NCBI GenBank assembly: GCA_965221125.1
Contig: CBDCRW010000007.1
Coordinates: forward strand, 384,001 to 448,000
Source of the DNA: Alphaproteobacteria bacterium
Lineage (GTDB): Bacteria > Pseudomonadota > Alphaproteobacteria > UBA828
Length of the DNA: 64,000 bases
Direction: 5' to 3'
The translations under genes were made by a program, and so were the position numbers. Positions within the stretch are counted from its first letter, which is position 1, and each line of letters begins with the position of its first letter. Below, piece by piece: positions 15,010-25,247 of this stretch. The notes under the pieces were generated by a model, which ran no database searches, was not told where the DNA came from, and saw only the letters and a program-made list of their open reading frames with translations.

Positions 15010-15013
<4 letters not shown>

Positions 15014-16239
15014 ACTTGCCGGCAATGTCCTACGCCGATATCGCCACCGCCTGCCTCAGGTGGCTGCCGCCGGAGACCGCGCACGATGCGGCGCTGGCCC
15101 TTCTGGGATTTGCTCCGTTGCCGAAGCTCCTGCCGCCTGCACCCACGCTCGCGATGACGCTCTGGGGGCTGCGCTTCCCGACGCCCGTGGGGCTCGCCGC
15201 CGGCTTCGACAAGGACGGGAGATGCCCGGATGCGGCGGCACGGCTCGGTCTCGGCTTCGGCGAGGTCGGCACGGTGACGCCGCGGCCGCAGGCAGGGAAC
15301 CCCAGGCCCCGGCTCTTCCGCCTGCGGCGGGAGCGCGCGCTGATCAACCGCTACGGCTTCAACAGCGCAGGGCTGGAGGTCGTGGCAGACCGGCTGGAAC
15401 GATGGCGCCGCGCGAACGGCGCGCCTCCGTGCCCGCTTGGGATCAACATCGGCGTGAACAAAGACAGCGACGATCCCGCACGCGACTACGCTGCCGGGCT
15501 CGCGCGGGTGGCGGCGCTCGCCGACTACGTGGCGGTCAACGTCTCCTCGCCCAATACGCCGGGGTTGCGGGCGTGGCAGGCGGGCGATGCACTGGATCGT
15601 CTGCTGGCGGCGCTGGCGAACGCCCATGCGCGCCTCGATGCCCCGCCGCCCATCCTGCTCAAGCTCGCGCCGGAGATTGACGACGAGGGGCTGGCGGCGC
15701 TGCTGGAGGCCATCCGGGACGCGCCCATCGCCGGCATGATTCTCACCAACACGACGACCGCACGGCCGGCGAGCCTGGTGTCAGCGGCGCGAGGGGAGGA
15801 AGGCGGCCTCAGCGGCCCGCCCCTGGCACCGCGCGCGCTTGAGGTCCTGCGCAGCGCCTACGCGTTAAGCGATGGCCGCCTGCCGCTGATCGGCGTGGGC
15901 GGGATCGATTCGGCGGAAGCAGCGTATGCCCGCATCCGCGCGGGCGCGAGCCTCGTCCAGCTCTACACCGCGCTGGTCTATCGGGGCCCGCGTCTCGTCG
16001 GCGAGATCACGCAGGGGCTCGCGCGGCTGCTCGCGGCCGACGGATTCGCTTCGCCGGCCGAGGCGGTCGGTGCCGACCACCGCGCCCCCGCCGCACATGG
16101 TCAGGAGGCGTCGGCGATTTCCTCCGCGATGGCCCGCGCGGCGGCGAGCGGGTCGGGCGCCTGCGTGATGGGGCGGCCGACGACCAGCGCGGTCGCGCCG
16201 GCGCGCGCCGCATCGGCCGGCGTCGCCACCCGCGCCTGA
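15010..16239 (+). CDS. pyrD: Quinone-dependent dihydroorotate dehydrogenase (class 2), with C-terminal extension
   Basis: PETAH, GLAAGFDK, GTVTPRPQAGNPRPRLFRL, NVSSPNTPGLR, GGLSG, GASLVQLYTAL. Confidence 0.9.
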
Positions 16240-16826
16240 TCGCCCTTGCCGCTGCCATCGCCGCTCGCCGGGCGGATGCCGGGCACGACGATGTCGAAAT
16301 CCGGGCCGTGTTCGGCGCGCAGTGCCGCGATCTCGTGCGGGCTCGCGATAACGCCCGCCAGCCCTGCCTCGTGAGCCAGCCCCGCGAGACGCAGCACCTG
16401 CTTGCCTGCCGAAGCGGCGATGCCCTGGCGCGCGAGTTCCGCCTCGTCGAGGCTGGTGAGCACGGTCACGCCGAGCAGGCGGGGCGGGCTCACGCCCTGG
16501 CGCGCGGCCTCTTCGTTTGCTGCCTCGCGCGCCGCCCGCATCATGGCGAGCCCGCCGGCGGCGTGGATGGTGAGATAGTGGGGCTCCAGCGCGACCACGC
16601 TGCGCACGGCGCCTGCCACGGTGTTCGGGATGTCGTGGAGCTTGAGGTCGAGGAAGAGGGGTGGGCCGGCCCCCCGCACAGCGCCGATACCCTCGGGCCC
16701 ATGCGCGCAGAAATACTCGAGCCCGAGCTTGAGCCCGCCCACCGCCGGCGCCAACAGGTGCGCCAGGCCCTCCACCGTGGACCTGTCGCGCGCATCGAGG
16801 GCGCAGTAGAGAGAAGCGTTCGGCAT
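16101..16826 (-). CDS. pyrF: Orotidine-5'-phosphate decarboxylase
   Basis: ALD, KLGLE, FLDLKLHDIPNTV, VTVLTS, VPGIRP, DQARV.TP, VVGRPIT. Confidence 0.95.
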   Translation of the reverse strand: MPNASLYCALDARDRSTVEGLAHLLAPAVGGLKLGLEYFCAHGPEGIGAVRGAGPPLFLDLKLHDIPNTVAGAVRSVVALEPHYLTIHAAGGLAMMRAAREAANEEAARQGVSPPRLLGVTVLTSLDEAELARQGIAASAGKQVLRLAGLAHEAGLAGVIASPHEIAALRAEHGPDFDIVVPGIRPASGDGSGKGDQARVATPADAARAGATALVVGRPITQAPDPLAAARAIAEEIADAS

Positions 16827-16906
16827 GGGCACTCCGTCCGGGCCGGAATAGTCTACCCTCGCGCGGATCGCGGGACGACCGGAGAGCGGAAGGGCAGGGA
16901 ACGACG

Positions 16907-17545
16907 ATGAGCGGAGCGGCGGAGGAGATCGCGGAAGCCCTGCTCGACACCGGCGCGTTCCTGGTGCGCCCGGAAAAACCCTTTCGCCTGACCTCGGGGC
17001 TCTACGCGCCCTTCTACGTGAACTGCCGCCTGATCCTGTCGCGGCACGAGGCGCGCGCCAGGGCGGCGGCGGCGCTGGCGTCTACCGTGCCGGTGCCGGC
17101 AACCACGGTGATCGCCGGCGGCGTCACCGCGGGCGTGCCCTTCGCCACCCTCGTCGCCGACCGGCTGGGCCTGCCCATGGTTTACGTCCGGGCCGAGGCC
17201 AAGGCGCACGGCACCGCTGGCCGCATCGAGGGCGGCAGCGTCGGCGGCGAGCGCGTCCACCTGATCGAAGACCTGATCTCGACCGCTGGCAGCATCCTCG
17301 CCTTTGCCTGCGCGTTGCGCGACGCGGGTGCGCAGGTGGACGGCGTGAGCGTGCTCTTCTCGCGTGCGAGCGCGTCGGCGCGGCAAGCGCTGGAAGAAGC
17401 GGGTCTCGCCATCACCTCGGTCTGCGATCTCGACACGCTGCTCGGGGTAGCGCTTAGCCGCGGCCGCATTGACGAGGGAGCGCTCGGCGAGGTCCGGGCC
17501 TTCCTCGCTGACCCCGAAGACTGGTCCGCCCGCCACGCGGCGTAA
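16907..17545 (+). CDS. pyrE: Orotate phosphoribosyltransferase
   Basis: F.LTSG..APFY, YVR..AK.HG, LIEDLISTAGS PRPP-binding motif. Confidence 0.9.
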   Translation: MSGAAEEIAEALLDTGAFLVRPEKPFRLTSGLYAPFYVNCRLILSRHEARARAAAALASTVPVPATTVIAGGVTAGVPFATLVADRLGLPMVYVRAEAKAHGTAGRIEGGSVGGERVHLIEDLISTAGSILAFACALRDAGAQVDGVSVLFSRASASARQALEEAGLAITSVCDLDTLLGVALSRGRIDEGALGEVRAFLADPEDWSARHAA

Positions 17546-17559
17546 GCGGGGCGCCGCGG

Positions 17560-18909
17560 TCAGAAGTCGATGGCGCGCCCCTTGCGCTCCCAATCGCCGT
17601 AGCGGGTGGGTTCCGGCCCCGCCGGCCCGCCCGTCTCGGGGACGGGTTCGATACTCTCTTCGGCGCCGTCCGCTGGCGTGTCGTCGGCGCCGTTCCCCGG
17701 TGCCGGGGCCGCCGCCACCGCTGCGAGCTTCCGTGCCGCCCTGGCGGGCCGGGCCAGCACGTCCGGTCCGATCGAGGCAATGTCGGCGAGACCGCAGAGT
17801 CCCATGGTGAGGTCCAGTTCGCGGCGGAGGATGTCGAGCGCATGGGCCACGCCCGCCTCGCCCGCGACCGTGAGGCCCCAGAACTGCGCCCTGCCGACGG
17901 TGCAGCAGTCGGCGCCCAGCGCCAGCGCCTTGACGATGTGGGTGCCCCGCCTGATGCCGCCGTCGAGCAGCACCGCGGCGCGGCCCGCCACCGCATCGGC
18001 CACGCGCGGCAGGGCGTCGAGCGCGCTCGCGGCGCCGTCGAGCTGCCGCCCGCCGTGGTTGGAGACGAACAAGCCGTCCACGCCGTTCGCCACCGCCTCG
18101 GCGGCGTCGGCGGGGTGAAGCACGCCCTTGAGCAGGAGCGGCCCCTTCCAGACGGCGCGCAGCGCCGCGACGTCGTCCCACTGCATGCCCTGGTCCGGCA
18201 GCGTCAGCATGCGGTGGTGGAGGGTGGTGAGGTCGTTGGCGTCGCCGGGCCTGCGGTAGTTGCCGAAGGTGATGTTCGGGATGGTGCGCCGCATCCGCCA
18301 CAGCCAGGGCAGCCTGGTCGCCATGTTGGCGATCTCGCCGGCCGAGAACCGGGGCGGGATGACGAAGCCGTTGCGGATGTCGCGCTCGCGGTTGCCGATC
18401 ATCTGCGTGTCGATGGTGACGATCAGCGCCTCGTAGCCGGCGGCCTGCGCGCGTTCCGCCATCTCGTGGGTGAGCCCGCGGTCCGTGTAAATGTAGGTCT
18501 GGAACCAGCGGGGCTCGATGCCGGTCTCGGCCAGCTCCTCGAGGGTGCAGACCGAGCCGTGGCTCAGGCAGTAGACGGTGCCCGCCCTGGTCGCTGCGCG
18601 GGCCGAGGCGGCCTCGCCGTTTGGCCACAAAAGCCCGGCGAGCCCCGTGGGCGGGACGATGAGCGGCATGGAGAGCCGCCGGCCGAAGAGCGTGGTCGAG
18701 AGGTCGCGGCTCGCCGAGCCGCCGATGGGGCGGGGGTAGAGGTCGACGTCGTCGAAGGCCGCGACGTTGCGGCGCAGCGTGTGCTCGTCGCCGGCGCCGC
18801 CGTCGACGAAGTCGAACACCGGGCGCGGCAGCACGCGCCGGGCCTCTTCCCGCAGCGCCGCGATGTTGTAAGCCCGCCGCTTCCAGCGCGGCTCGCGTTC
18901 GCTCGCCAT
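17560..18909 (-). CDS. FMN-dependent alpha-hydroxy acid dehydrogenase (LldD/glycolate oxidase family) with C-terminal DUF1674/SdhAF4-like motif
   Basis: FDFVDGGA.DE, GNRERD, KGVL, VSNHGGRQLDG, DGGIRRG; ends GGPAGPEPTRYGDWERKGRAIDF. Confidence 0.85.
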   Translation of the reverse strand: MASEREPRWKRRAYNIAALREEARRVLPRPVFDFVDGGAGDEHTLRRNVAAFDDVDLYPRPIGGSASRDLSTTLFGRRLSMPLIVPPTGLAGLLWPNGEAASARAATRAGTVYCLSHGSVCTLEELAETGIEPRWFQTYIYTDRGLTHEMAERAQAAGYEALIVTIDTQMIGNRERDIRNGFVIPPRFSAGEIANMATRLPWLWRMRRTIPNITFGNYRRPGDANDLTTLHHRMLTLPDQGMQWDDVAALRAVWKGPLLLKGVLHPADAAEAVANGVDGLFVSNHGGRQLDGAASALDALPRVADAVAGRAAVLLDGGIRRGTHIVKALALGADCCTVGRAQFWGLTVAGEAGVAHALDILRRELDLTMGLCGLADIASIGPDVLARPARAARKLAAVAAAPAPGNGADDTPADGAEESIEPVPETGGPAGPEPTRYGDWERKGRAIDF

Positions 18910-19106
18910 CCTCATCCTCGTCTTGAGGGCGCGCCAGTATAGGGGGCGAGCGCCATCCGCGCATGCCCGCACGGCTGGGCCTACCGACCAGGGCTCGCTT
19001 GACCCGCCTCGGTCCGGGTAAGACACTGCCCCGCCGTCGCCAGCGCGACGGCAGGCAGGGAACGATCAGGCGCGGCCGCCGGGCCGCAGGAGCGAGCGGA
19101 CGGCCC

Positions 19107-21185
19107 ATGAAGTTGATCGGCGTCGATGTCGGCGGCACCTTCACCGACCTCATCATCACCGACAGCGAGACGCGCGAGAGCGCGATTCACAAGGTGCCCA
19201 CCACGCCGGACGATCCCTCGGAGGGCGCGGCCGGGGGCATCGCCGCGCTCTGCGAGCGGAGCGGCACGGCGCCGGACGCCATCGCTCACGTCTTTCACGG
19301 CACCACGATCTCGACCAACGCGGTGCTCCAGTACGATGGCGCCGAGACCGGCATGATCACGTCGGCCGGCTACCGCGACATCATCCATATCGGCCGTCAC
19401 CAGCGGCCGCAGAACTACTCCATCATGCAGGACATCCCGTGGCAGGCCCGCCCGTTGGTGCGCCGCCGCCATCGGCTGACCGTGAAGGAGAGGCGGGTGC
19501 CGCCGCAGGGCGCCGTGCTGGAGCCGCTGGACGAGGAAGGCGTGCGCCAGGCCGCCCGCGCGCTGCGCGAGAAGGGCGTCGAAGCGGTCGCCATCTGCTT
19601 CCTCTTCGCCTACATCGATCCTGCGCACGAGGAGCGCGCGCGCGCCATCGTGCTGGAGGAATGGCCCGAGGCCTTCGTGACGACGTCTGCGCGCGTGGCG
19701 CCACAGTTCCGCGAGTTCGAGCGCTTCACGACGGCGGCGATGAACGCCTTCATCGGCCCCAAGGTGCGCAACTACGTGCGCCGCTTCGAGGACCGGCTGA
19801 AGCAGGCCGGCGTCGCCGGCGACCTCCATATCATGGGGTCGAACGGCGGCGTCGCGACGGCGGCGATGGTGGCGGACGTGCCGGTCATCACGCTCATGTC
19901 TGGGCCTGCTGCCGGCGTGCTGGGCGGCGCCTGGGCGGCGGAGCACTCCGGGCGGCGCCGCCTCATCACCTTCGACGTGGGCGGCACCAGCGCCGACATC
20001 GGCATCGTGATCGACGGCCACTACAACGAAGCCACCGCGCGCGACACCTGGATCGGCGGCTACCCGGTGCTTGTGCCGATGATCGACATCACGACCATCG
20101 GCGCCGGCGGCGGCAGCATCGCGCGAACCGATGCGGGCGGCGCCTTCAAGGTGGGGCCCGAGAGCGCGGGCTCTGAGCCCGGCCCCGCGTGCTACGGCCG
20201 CGGCGGCAACGCGCCGACGGTGACGGACGCCAACCTCGTGCTCGGCCGGCTGGATGCAGACAACTTCCTCGGCGGCGAGATGACGCTTGCGCCGGAACGG
20301 GCCGACACGGCGCTGACGGAGCTCGCGGAGACGCTCGGCGTCGACAAGCACGAGGCGGCCGAGGGCGTGCTCACCATCGTCAACGCCAACATGGCGAACG
20401 CCATCCGCTCCAAGACGGTGCAGAAGGGCCTCGACCCGCGCGACTTCTCGCTGGTGGCCTTCGGCGGCGCCGGGCCGCTGCACGGCGCCGAGGTCGCGGC
20501 GATGCTGGACGTGCCCGAGGTCGTTGTCCCGCCCCATCCCGGTATCACATCGGCGGCGGGCCTGCTCACCACCGACCTCAAGTACGACCAGATCATGACC
20601 GCCTTCCAGGTGAAGGGCGCGGTCGACATCGAGCGGATCAACCGCGACTTCGCGAGGCTGAGCCGCGACCTGCTGGCCCAGTACGACGCCGCCGGTCTCG
20701 GCGCAGACCGGGTGGAGGAGCGCCGCGCCGGCGACCTGCGCTATGTCGGCCAGGGCTACGAGCTGCGCGTGGCCTTCCCCGCGGGCGAGCTGGACGAGGC
20801 GGGGCTAGAGGGGGTGTGGCAGGCCTTCCACGCCCTGCACGAGCAGGAATACGGCCACTGCTTCACCGAGAGCCCCATCGAGATCGTGAACATCCGCATC
20901 ACAGGCGTGGGCCACATGCCCAAGATCGCGGCGCCGCCGTCGCCGTCCGGCGGGTCGCTCGCCGACGCGCAGGTCAAGACCGCGCGCTCGGTGTTCCGCG
21001 TCGACGGCGCGCTGGAAGGCTGCGACACCGTCTTCTACCGGCGGGATGCGCTGCCGGTGGAGACGCCGATCCCGGGCCCCGCGATCATCGTGCAGAAGGA
21101 CGCCACCACCGTGGTGCCGCCCGGCTGGTCGGTGCGCGTGGACACGAGCGCGAACCTCATCCTGCGCCAGGGCGAGGAGGAGTGA
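19107..21185 (+). CDS. Hydantoinase A/5-oxoprolinase family protein
   Basis: GVDVGGTFTD, HGTTISTNA, REFERFTT, SGPAAG, DVGGTSAD, IGAGGGS, FGGAGPLH. Confidence 0.9.
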   Translation: MKLIGVDVGGTFTDLIITDSETRESAIHKVPTTPDDPSEGAAGGIAALCERSGTAPDAIAHVFHGTTISTNAVLQYDGAETGMITSAGYRDIIHIGRHQRPQNYSIMQDIPWQARPLVRRRHRLTVKERRVPPQGAVLEPLDEEGVRQAARALREKGVEAVAICFLFAYIDPAHEERARAIVLEEWPEAFVTTSARVAPQFREFERFTTAAMNAFIGPKVRNYVRRFEDRLKQAGVAGDLHIMGSNGGVATAAMVADVPVITLMSGPAAGVLGGAWAAEHSGRRRLITFDVGGTSADIGIVIDGHYNEATARDTWIGGYPVLVPMIDITTIGAGGGSIARTDAGGAFKVGPESAGSEPGPACYGRGGNAPTVTDANLVLGRLDADNFLGGEMTLAPERADTALTELAETLGVDKHEAAEGVLTIVNANMANAIRSKTVQKGLDPRDFSLVAFGGAGPLHGAEVAAMLDVPEVVVPPHPGITSAAGLLTTDLKYDQIMTAFQVKGAVDIERINRDFARLSRDLLAQYDAAGLGADRVEERRAGDLRYVGQGYELRVAFPAGELDEAGLEGVWQAFHALHEQEYGHCFTESPIEIVNIRITGVGHMPKIAAPPSPSGGSLADAQVKTARSVFRVDGALEGCDTVFYRRDALPVETPIPGPAIIVQKDATTVVPPGWSVRVDTSANLILRQGEEE

Positions 21186-21188
21186 ACC

Positions 21189-22967
21189 ATGGCAGAGACG
21201 CCGAACCGCCGCCCCATCGACGCCGTAACCGCCAGCGTGATCCAGGGCGCGCTGGAGAACATCGCGGTCGAGATGGGCTGGAAGCTCATGCGCATGTCGT
21301 ATTCCTCGATCATCCGCGAGTCCGAGGATTTCGGCGCCGCGATCATCGACCGCCACGGCCGCCAGCTCTGCGAATCGGTGCACTCGACACCGCTCCAGTC
21401 GGGGCCGATTCCCGGCTACGTGAGGGGGATGAACCAGATCCTCGAAGAGCGCGGCCAGACGCTGAACGAGGGCGACGTCATCATCCACAACTCCGCCTAT
21501 CACGGCGCGAGCCACGGGCCGGACGTCGCCTTCATCGTGCCGGTCTTCGTCGACGGCGCGCTGGTGGGCTATGCCGTCACCACGGCGCATCATCTCGATA
21601 TCGGCGCTTTGAGCCCCGGCAGCTGCGGCATCGTCGATGCGATGGACGCCTACGCCGAGGGGCTCCAGTTCAAGGCGCTCAAGGCCTACGACAGGGGTGT
21701 CGAGAACGAGGCGCTCTGGCACATGATGCGCGACAACATCCGCGCGCCGGACATGGTGGTGGGCGACATGGAGGCGCAGGTCGCCGCCAGCCGGATCGGC
21801 GCCGAGCGCTACCTCGCGCTGATCGAGCGCCACGGGCTCGAAACCGTGGAGGCGGCGGCGGATGCGCTCATGGACTATTCCGAGCGGCTCATGCGCCAGG
21901 CGATCGAGGCGCTGCCAGACGGCACCTACCGGGCCGAGGGGCACGTGGACGGCTTCCTCGACGATCCGGACCGGCGCCACTTCAAGGTCGCCGTGGCCGT
22001 CACCGTGAAGGGCAGCGAGCTGTTGGTGGACCTGGACGGCACCGCGCGCCAGTGCGACGACCGGCCCATCAACATGCCCCTCGAAGGCACGGTCGACTGC
22101 GCGATCTGGCTGACGGTTCGCTCGATCCTGCTCGACAGTGAGACCTTCGGCCATATCCCGCAGAACTCCGGCCTGATCCGCCCCATCACCATCAGGGCGC
22201 CGGAGGGCACCATCGCCAATCCCACCTTCCCGGCGCCCACCATCGCGCGCTTCGTCTCCGGCAACATCGTCGCGGACACGCTGATGAAGGCGCTGGCCCA
22301 GGCGGTGCCCGACAAGGTCTCCGCCGGGGTCGGCAACCTCAAGGTCATCGCGTTCTCCGGCATCAAGGACGGCGGCCACTGGGTTCACATGGACATCCAC
22401 GAAGGGAGCTACGGCGGCCGTGCGGGCAAGGACGGGATGGACGCGGTGGACACGCTCTACGCCAACACCCGCAACAACCCGATCGAGGACATCGAGTCCC
22501 ACCTGCCGCTCCGCATCGCCCGTTACGAGCTGCGCGACGATGCGTCGGCCGCGGGACGCTGGCGGGGCGGCATCGGCTCGATCCGCGAGGTCTCCTTCCT
22601 CGCCGACAGCTTCATCTCGGTGGAAGGCGACGGCCACGCCTTCCGCCCCTGGGGCTTCGACGGTGGCGCTGAGGGGCGCGAGGCGGCGCTGGTCTACCAC
22701 CGGGCCGACGGGGAGGACATTCCCTTCCCCTCGATGATGCCGAACCGCGCGGTCAAGGCCGGAGAGAGGCTGACGCTCACCGGCACTTGCGGCGGCGGCT
22801 ACGGCGAGGCTGCCGAGCGCGCGCCGGCCGCCGTGGCGGAAGACGTGCGCGACGGCTACATCTCGCGCGAGACGGCCGAGAGCCTTTATGGTGTCGTGGT
22901 CACCGAGTCAGGCGAGCTCGATGCCGCCGCGACCGAAGCCCGGCGCGCCTCATCAAGTGCGGGATGA
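21189..22967 (+). CDS. Hydantoinase B/5-oxoprolinase family protein
   Basis: SSIIRESEDF, SH.PD, HHLDIG, EGLQF, GGSYGG-like EGSYGGR, GRWRGG, GGGYG. Confidence 0.9.
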   Translation: MAETPNRRPIDAVTASVIQGALENIAVEMGWKLMRMSYSSIIRESEDFGAAIIDRHGRQLCESVHSTPLQSGPIPGYVRGMNQILEERGQTLNEGDVIIHNSAYHGASHGPDVAFIVPVFVDGALVGYAVTTAHHLDIGALSPGSCGIVDAMDAYAEGLQFKALKAYDRGVENEALWHMMRDNIRAPDMVVGDMEAQVAASRIGAERYLALIERHGLETVEAAADALMDYSERLMRQAIEALPDGTYRAEGHVDGFLDDPDRRHFKVAVAVTVKGSELLVDLDGTARQCDDRPINMPLEGTVDCAIWLTVRSILLDSETFGHIPQNSGLIRPITIRAPEGTIANPTFPAPTIARFVSGNIVADTLMKALAQAVPDKVSAGVGNLKVIAFSGIKDGGHWVHMDIHEGSYGGRAGKDGMDAVDTLYANTRNNPIEDIESHLPLRIARYELRDDASAAGRWRGGIGSIREVSFLADSFISVEGDGHAFRPWGFDGGAEGREAALVYHRADGEDIPFPSMMPNRAVKAGERLTLTGTCGGGYGEAAERAPAAVAEDVRDGYISRETAESLYGVVVTESGELDAAATEARRASSSAG

Positions 22968-22983
22968 GGGCAAACTGGTGACT

Positions 22984-23071
22984 GGGCCGTTAGGCCCGGA
23001 CGGCGCGACTGCGCCGCGCGCCGAATGGCGCGTAGCCAAGCGAGCGGAGCGAGCGCCCGGCGCTTGAGGGA
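22984..23071 (+). repeat. Dispersed ~85-bp structured intergenic repeat, copy 1
   Basis: GGGCCGTTAGGCCCGGACGGCGCG...AGCCAAGCGAGCGGAGCGAGCGCCCGGCGCTTGAGGGA; matches copies at 48487, 49373 and 49856. Confidence 0.85.
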
Positions 23072-23086
23072 TATGGAGGAACACCC

Positions 23087-23845
23087 ATGAAGATCAAGGT
23101 GATCAATCCCAACACCACCCTGGAGATGACCGAGGGGATCGGCGAGGCCGCGCGCTCGGTCGCCAGGGCCGGCACCGAGATCGTGGCGGTGAGTCCCGAT
23201 TTCGGCCCGGACTCCATCGAGAGCTACTACGACGAGCAGGTGGCCGCCTGCGGCGTGCTCGACGAGGTGCGCAAGGGTGAGGGCGAGGGCGTCGATGCCT
23301 ACGTCATCGCCTGCTACGGCGACCCAGGCCTTCACGCCGCGCGCGAGATGACCGAGAAGCCTGTGGTCGGCATCGCCGAAGCCTCGTTCTACACAGCGTC
23401 CATGGTGGCGGCCCGCTTCACCGTCGTCTCGGTGATCCCCCGCATCCGCACCATGCTGCAGGAGATGGTGCACGGCTACGGCATGTCCGAGCGCATCGTC
23501 GCCATCCGCACGACGCCGCTCTACGTGCTCGACATCGAGCGCGACCCCGAAGGCTCGATGGAGAAGCTCCGAGACGAGGTGCGCCGCTCGGTCGCCGAAG
23601 ACGACGCGGAGGCGGTCTGCCTCGGCTGCGCCGGCTTCGCCCGCTTCGCTGCGGAGCTCGAGGCCGAGCTTGGCGTGCCGATCCTGGACGGCGTCGTCTG
23701 CGCGACCAAGCAGGCGGAGCTGCTGGTGGAGCTCGGCCTGAAGACCAGCAAGCGCAAGACCTACCGTCCGCCGGAGCGCAAGCGCTTCACCGGCATGTTC
23801 AGCCACTTCGGCACCGCCGACGACATCGCCGAAGCCGCGGAGTAG
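23087..23845 (+). CDS. Hydantoin/allantoin racemase (Asp/Glu/hydantoin racemase family)
   Basis: INPNTT..MT, IACYGDPGL, LGCAG two-Cys active site, DGV. Confidence 0.9.
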   Translation: MKIKVINPNTTLEMTEGIGEAARSVARAGTEIVAVSPDFGPDSIESYYDEQVAACGVLDEVRKGEGEGVDAYVIACYGDPGLHAAREMTEKPVVGIAEASFYTASMVAARFTVVSVIPRIRTMLQEMVHGYGMSERIVAIRTTPLYVLDIERDPEGSMEKLRDEVRRSVAEDDAEAVCLGCAGFARFAAELEAELGVPILDGVVCATKQAELLVELGLKTSKRKTYRPPERKRFTGMFSHFGTADDIAEAAE

Positions 23846-23984
23846 GGTGCGACGCGCCTGCTGCCGTATCGCCAAGACACCCGGCCATCGTCAACGCCGC
23901 TCCGATGCCCTCTCGGGCGTCGTCGCTTGCGTCGGCGCGTGCAGCCGACCACCACGGCAAATTCGCTTGCAATGCCGAGGAGGG

Positions 23985-24045
23985 GCGCTATATTTCTAAT
24001 GTTTTCAAATTAAATATTAGATAATATCTAGATAATAAAGGAGAA
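23985..24045 (+). promoter_or_regulatory. AT-rich promoter/operator of the PIN toxin operon
   Basis: Palindrome TAGATA-A-TATCTA, repeated TAGATAAT and AAGGAG RBS in an otherwise high-GC background. Confidence 0.55.
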
Positions 24046-24049
24046 TGTA

Positions 24050-24712
24050 GTGCAAATCCAGGATGTTACGCTCGATATCGAGCATGGTCTCGCCAGCCTG
24101 AAGAGCTTGAAACCGTCGGCCCTGCCGCCCGCATTGCAGGGGTTACGGCAGTTGCCGCTCGGCGACTACGAGCCTCGGGTGAGCATTCGCTATCGGGACG
24201 GCGGCAGGAAGATCCGCTGGGATGCGGATGCCAGTTACTTCGAGCCGGAGGCCTGCGAGGTGGTGATTCGCTTCGTCGCCTCCGACGAGCTTCAAGACGA
24301 CAATGGCCCGACCGATGCGGACGTGCCCAAGTCTGGTGGCGGCGGGGCCGGTGTGCTCGATTACGAGACGGCTATGGAGCAGCTCCTTGATGATCTCGCG
24401 GAGGTCGAAAGTGCGCGGGAGTTCGTGAGCCTCAAATGGTTCCGCGATCAGTATCTTCCTTCGCGCGGCCACGACTGGGCCAGCGACCCGAGGGACAACG
24501 GCGTCCTGCTGCGCCACGCGACCGGACAGCGCCTGATCCTGACGAGCCAGGTGCCGAACCCGAACAACCCGCTTCACCCCGTGACTGCGATACGGGTCAA
24601 TCGCCGGCATCCGCGTTTCCATACCGGCACGCCGTCGCAGCAAGCCCGATTCGAGCGGGTACGCATGCGGGGAGGCGCCATCGCGGATACCGTCCTCGGC
24701 GACAGACGCTGA
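24050..24712 (+). CDS. Hypothetical protein, probable antitoxin partner of VapC
   Basis: Strong RBS; directly upstream of a PIN gene; C-terminus RVRMRGGAIADTVLGDRR resembles VapB C-terminal tails. Confidence 0.6.
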   Translation: MQIQDVTLDIEHGLASLKSLKPSALPPALQGLRQLPLGDYEPRVSIRYRDGGRKIRWDADASYFEPEACEVVIRFVASDELQDDNGPTDADVPKSGGGGAGVLDYETAMEQLLDDLAEVESAREFVSLKWFRDQYLPSRGHDWASDPRDNGVLLRHATGQRLILTSQVPNPNNPLHPVTAIRVNRRHPRFHTGTPSQQARFERVRMRGGAIADTVLGDRR

Positions 24713-24721
24713 TCTCGACGG

Positions 24722-25171
24722 ATGACGAGCATCTATCTGGACACCAGTGCGCTGATCAAACTCTACGTCGAGGAGGAGGGGACCGAGCAGGTTGTCGACG
24801 CGACGCGAGATGCTGCCGATGGCCGCGTCATCGTTGTGGACCTTACCCCGCTCGAGGCCCGATCCGCCATTCGTCGGCGCGAGCGCGAAGGCGACATCTC
24901 GGCTGCCGATGCGGATCGGGTCCTCAGACAGATCGAAAATGACTGCTCGATGACTTTTCTGATGCAGCCGTCGACATCGGCGGTGATGGAGGAGGCCGCG
25001 CGGCTAATCGACCGCTACCCGCTCAGGGCATACGACGCGCTTCAACTCGCGGGGTGCCTCGTGGTTCGTGACGGTATGCCGGGGCCCGTGACCTTCGTTT
25101 GTGCGGATACGCGCCTGTGCGATGCAGCGCGCCATGAAGGCCTGGAGGCGCTGAACCCGATATCGCCGTGA
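24722..25171 (+). CDS. vapC: Type II toxin VapC (PIN domain)
   Basis: IYLDTSALIKLYVEEEG, E.RSA, LRAYDALQLA, FVCADTRL..AA..EG. Confidence 0.9.
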   Translation: MTSIYLDTSALIKLYVEEEGTEQVVDATRDAADGRVIVVDLTPLEARSAIRRREREGDISAADADRVLRQIENDCSMTFLMQPSTSAVMEEAARLIDRYPLRAYDALQLAGCLVVRDGMPGPVTFVCADTRLCDAARHEGLEALNPISP

Positions 25172-25247
25172 GGCCGTCGCTGTCCGCACGTGATCCCAGC
25201 GCTGCTCAGCGTCCCACCGGATAAGGGAGGGCCATACAAATTCGCCC

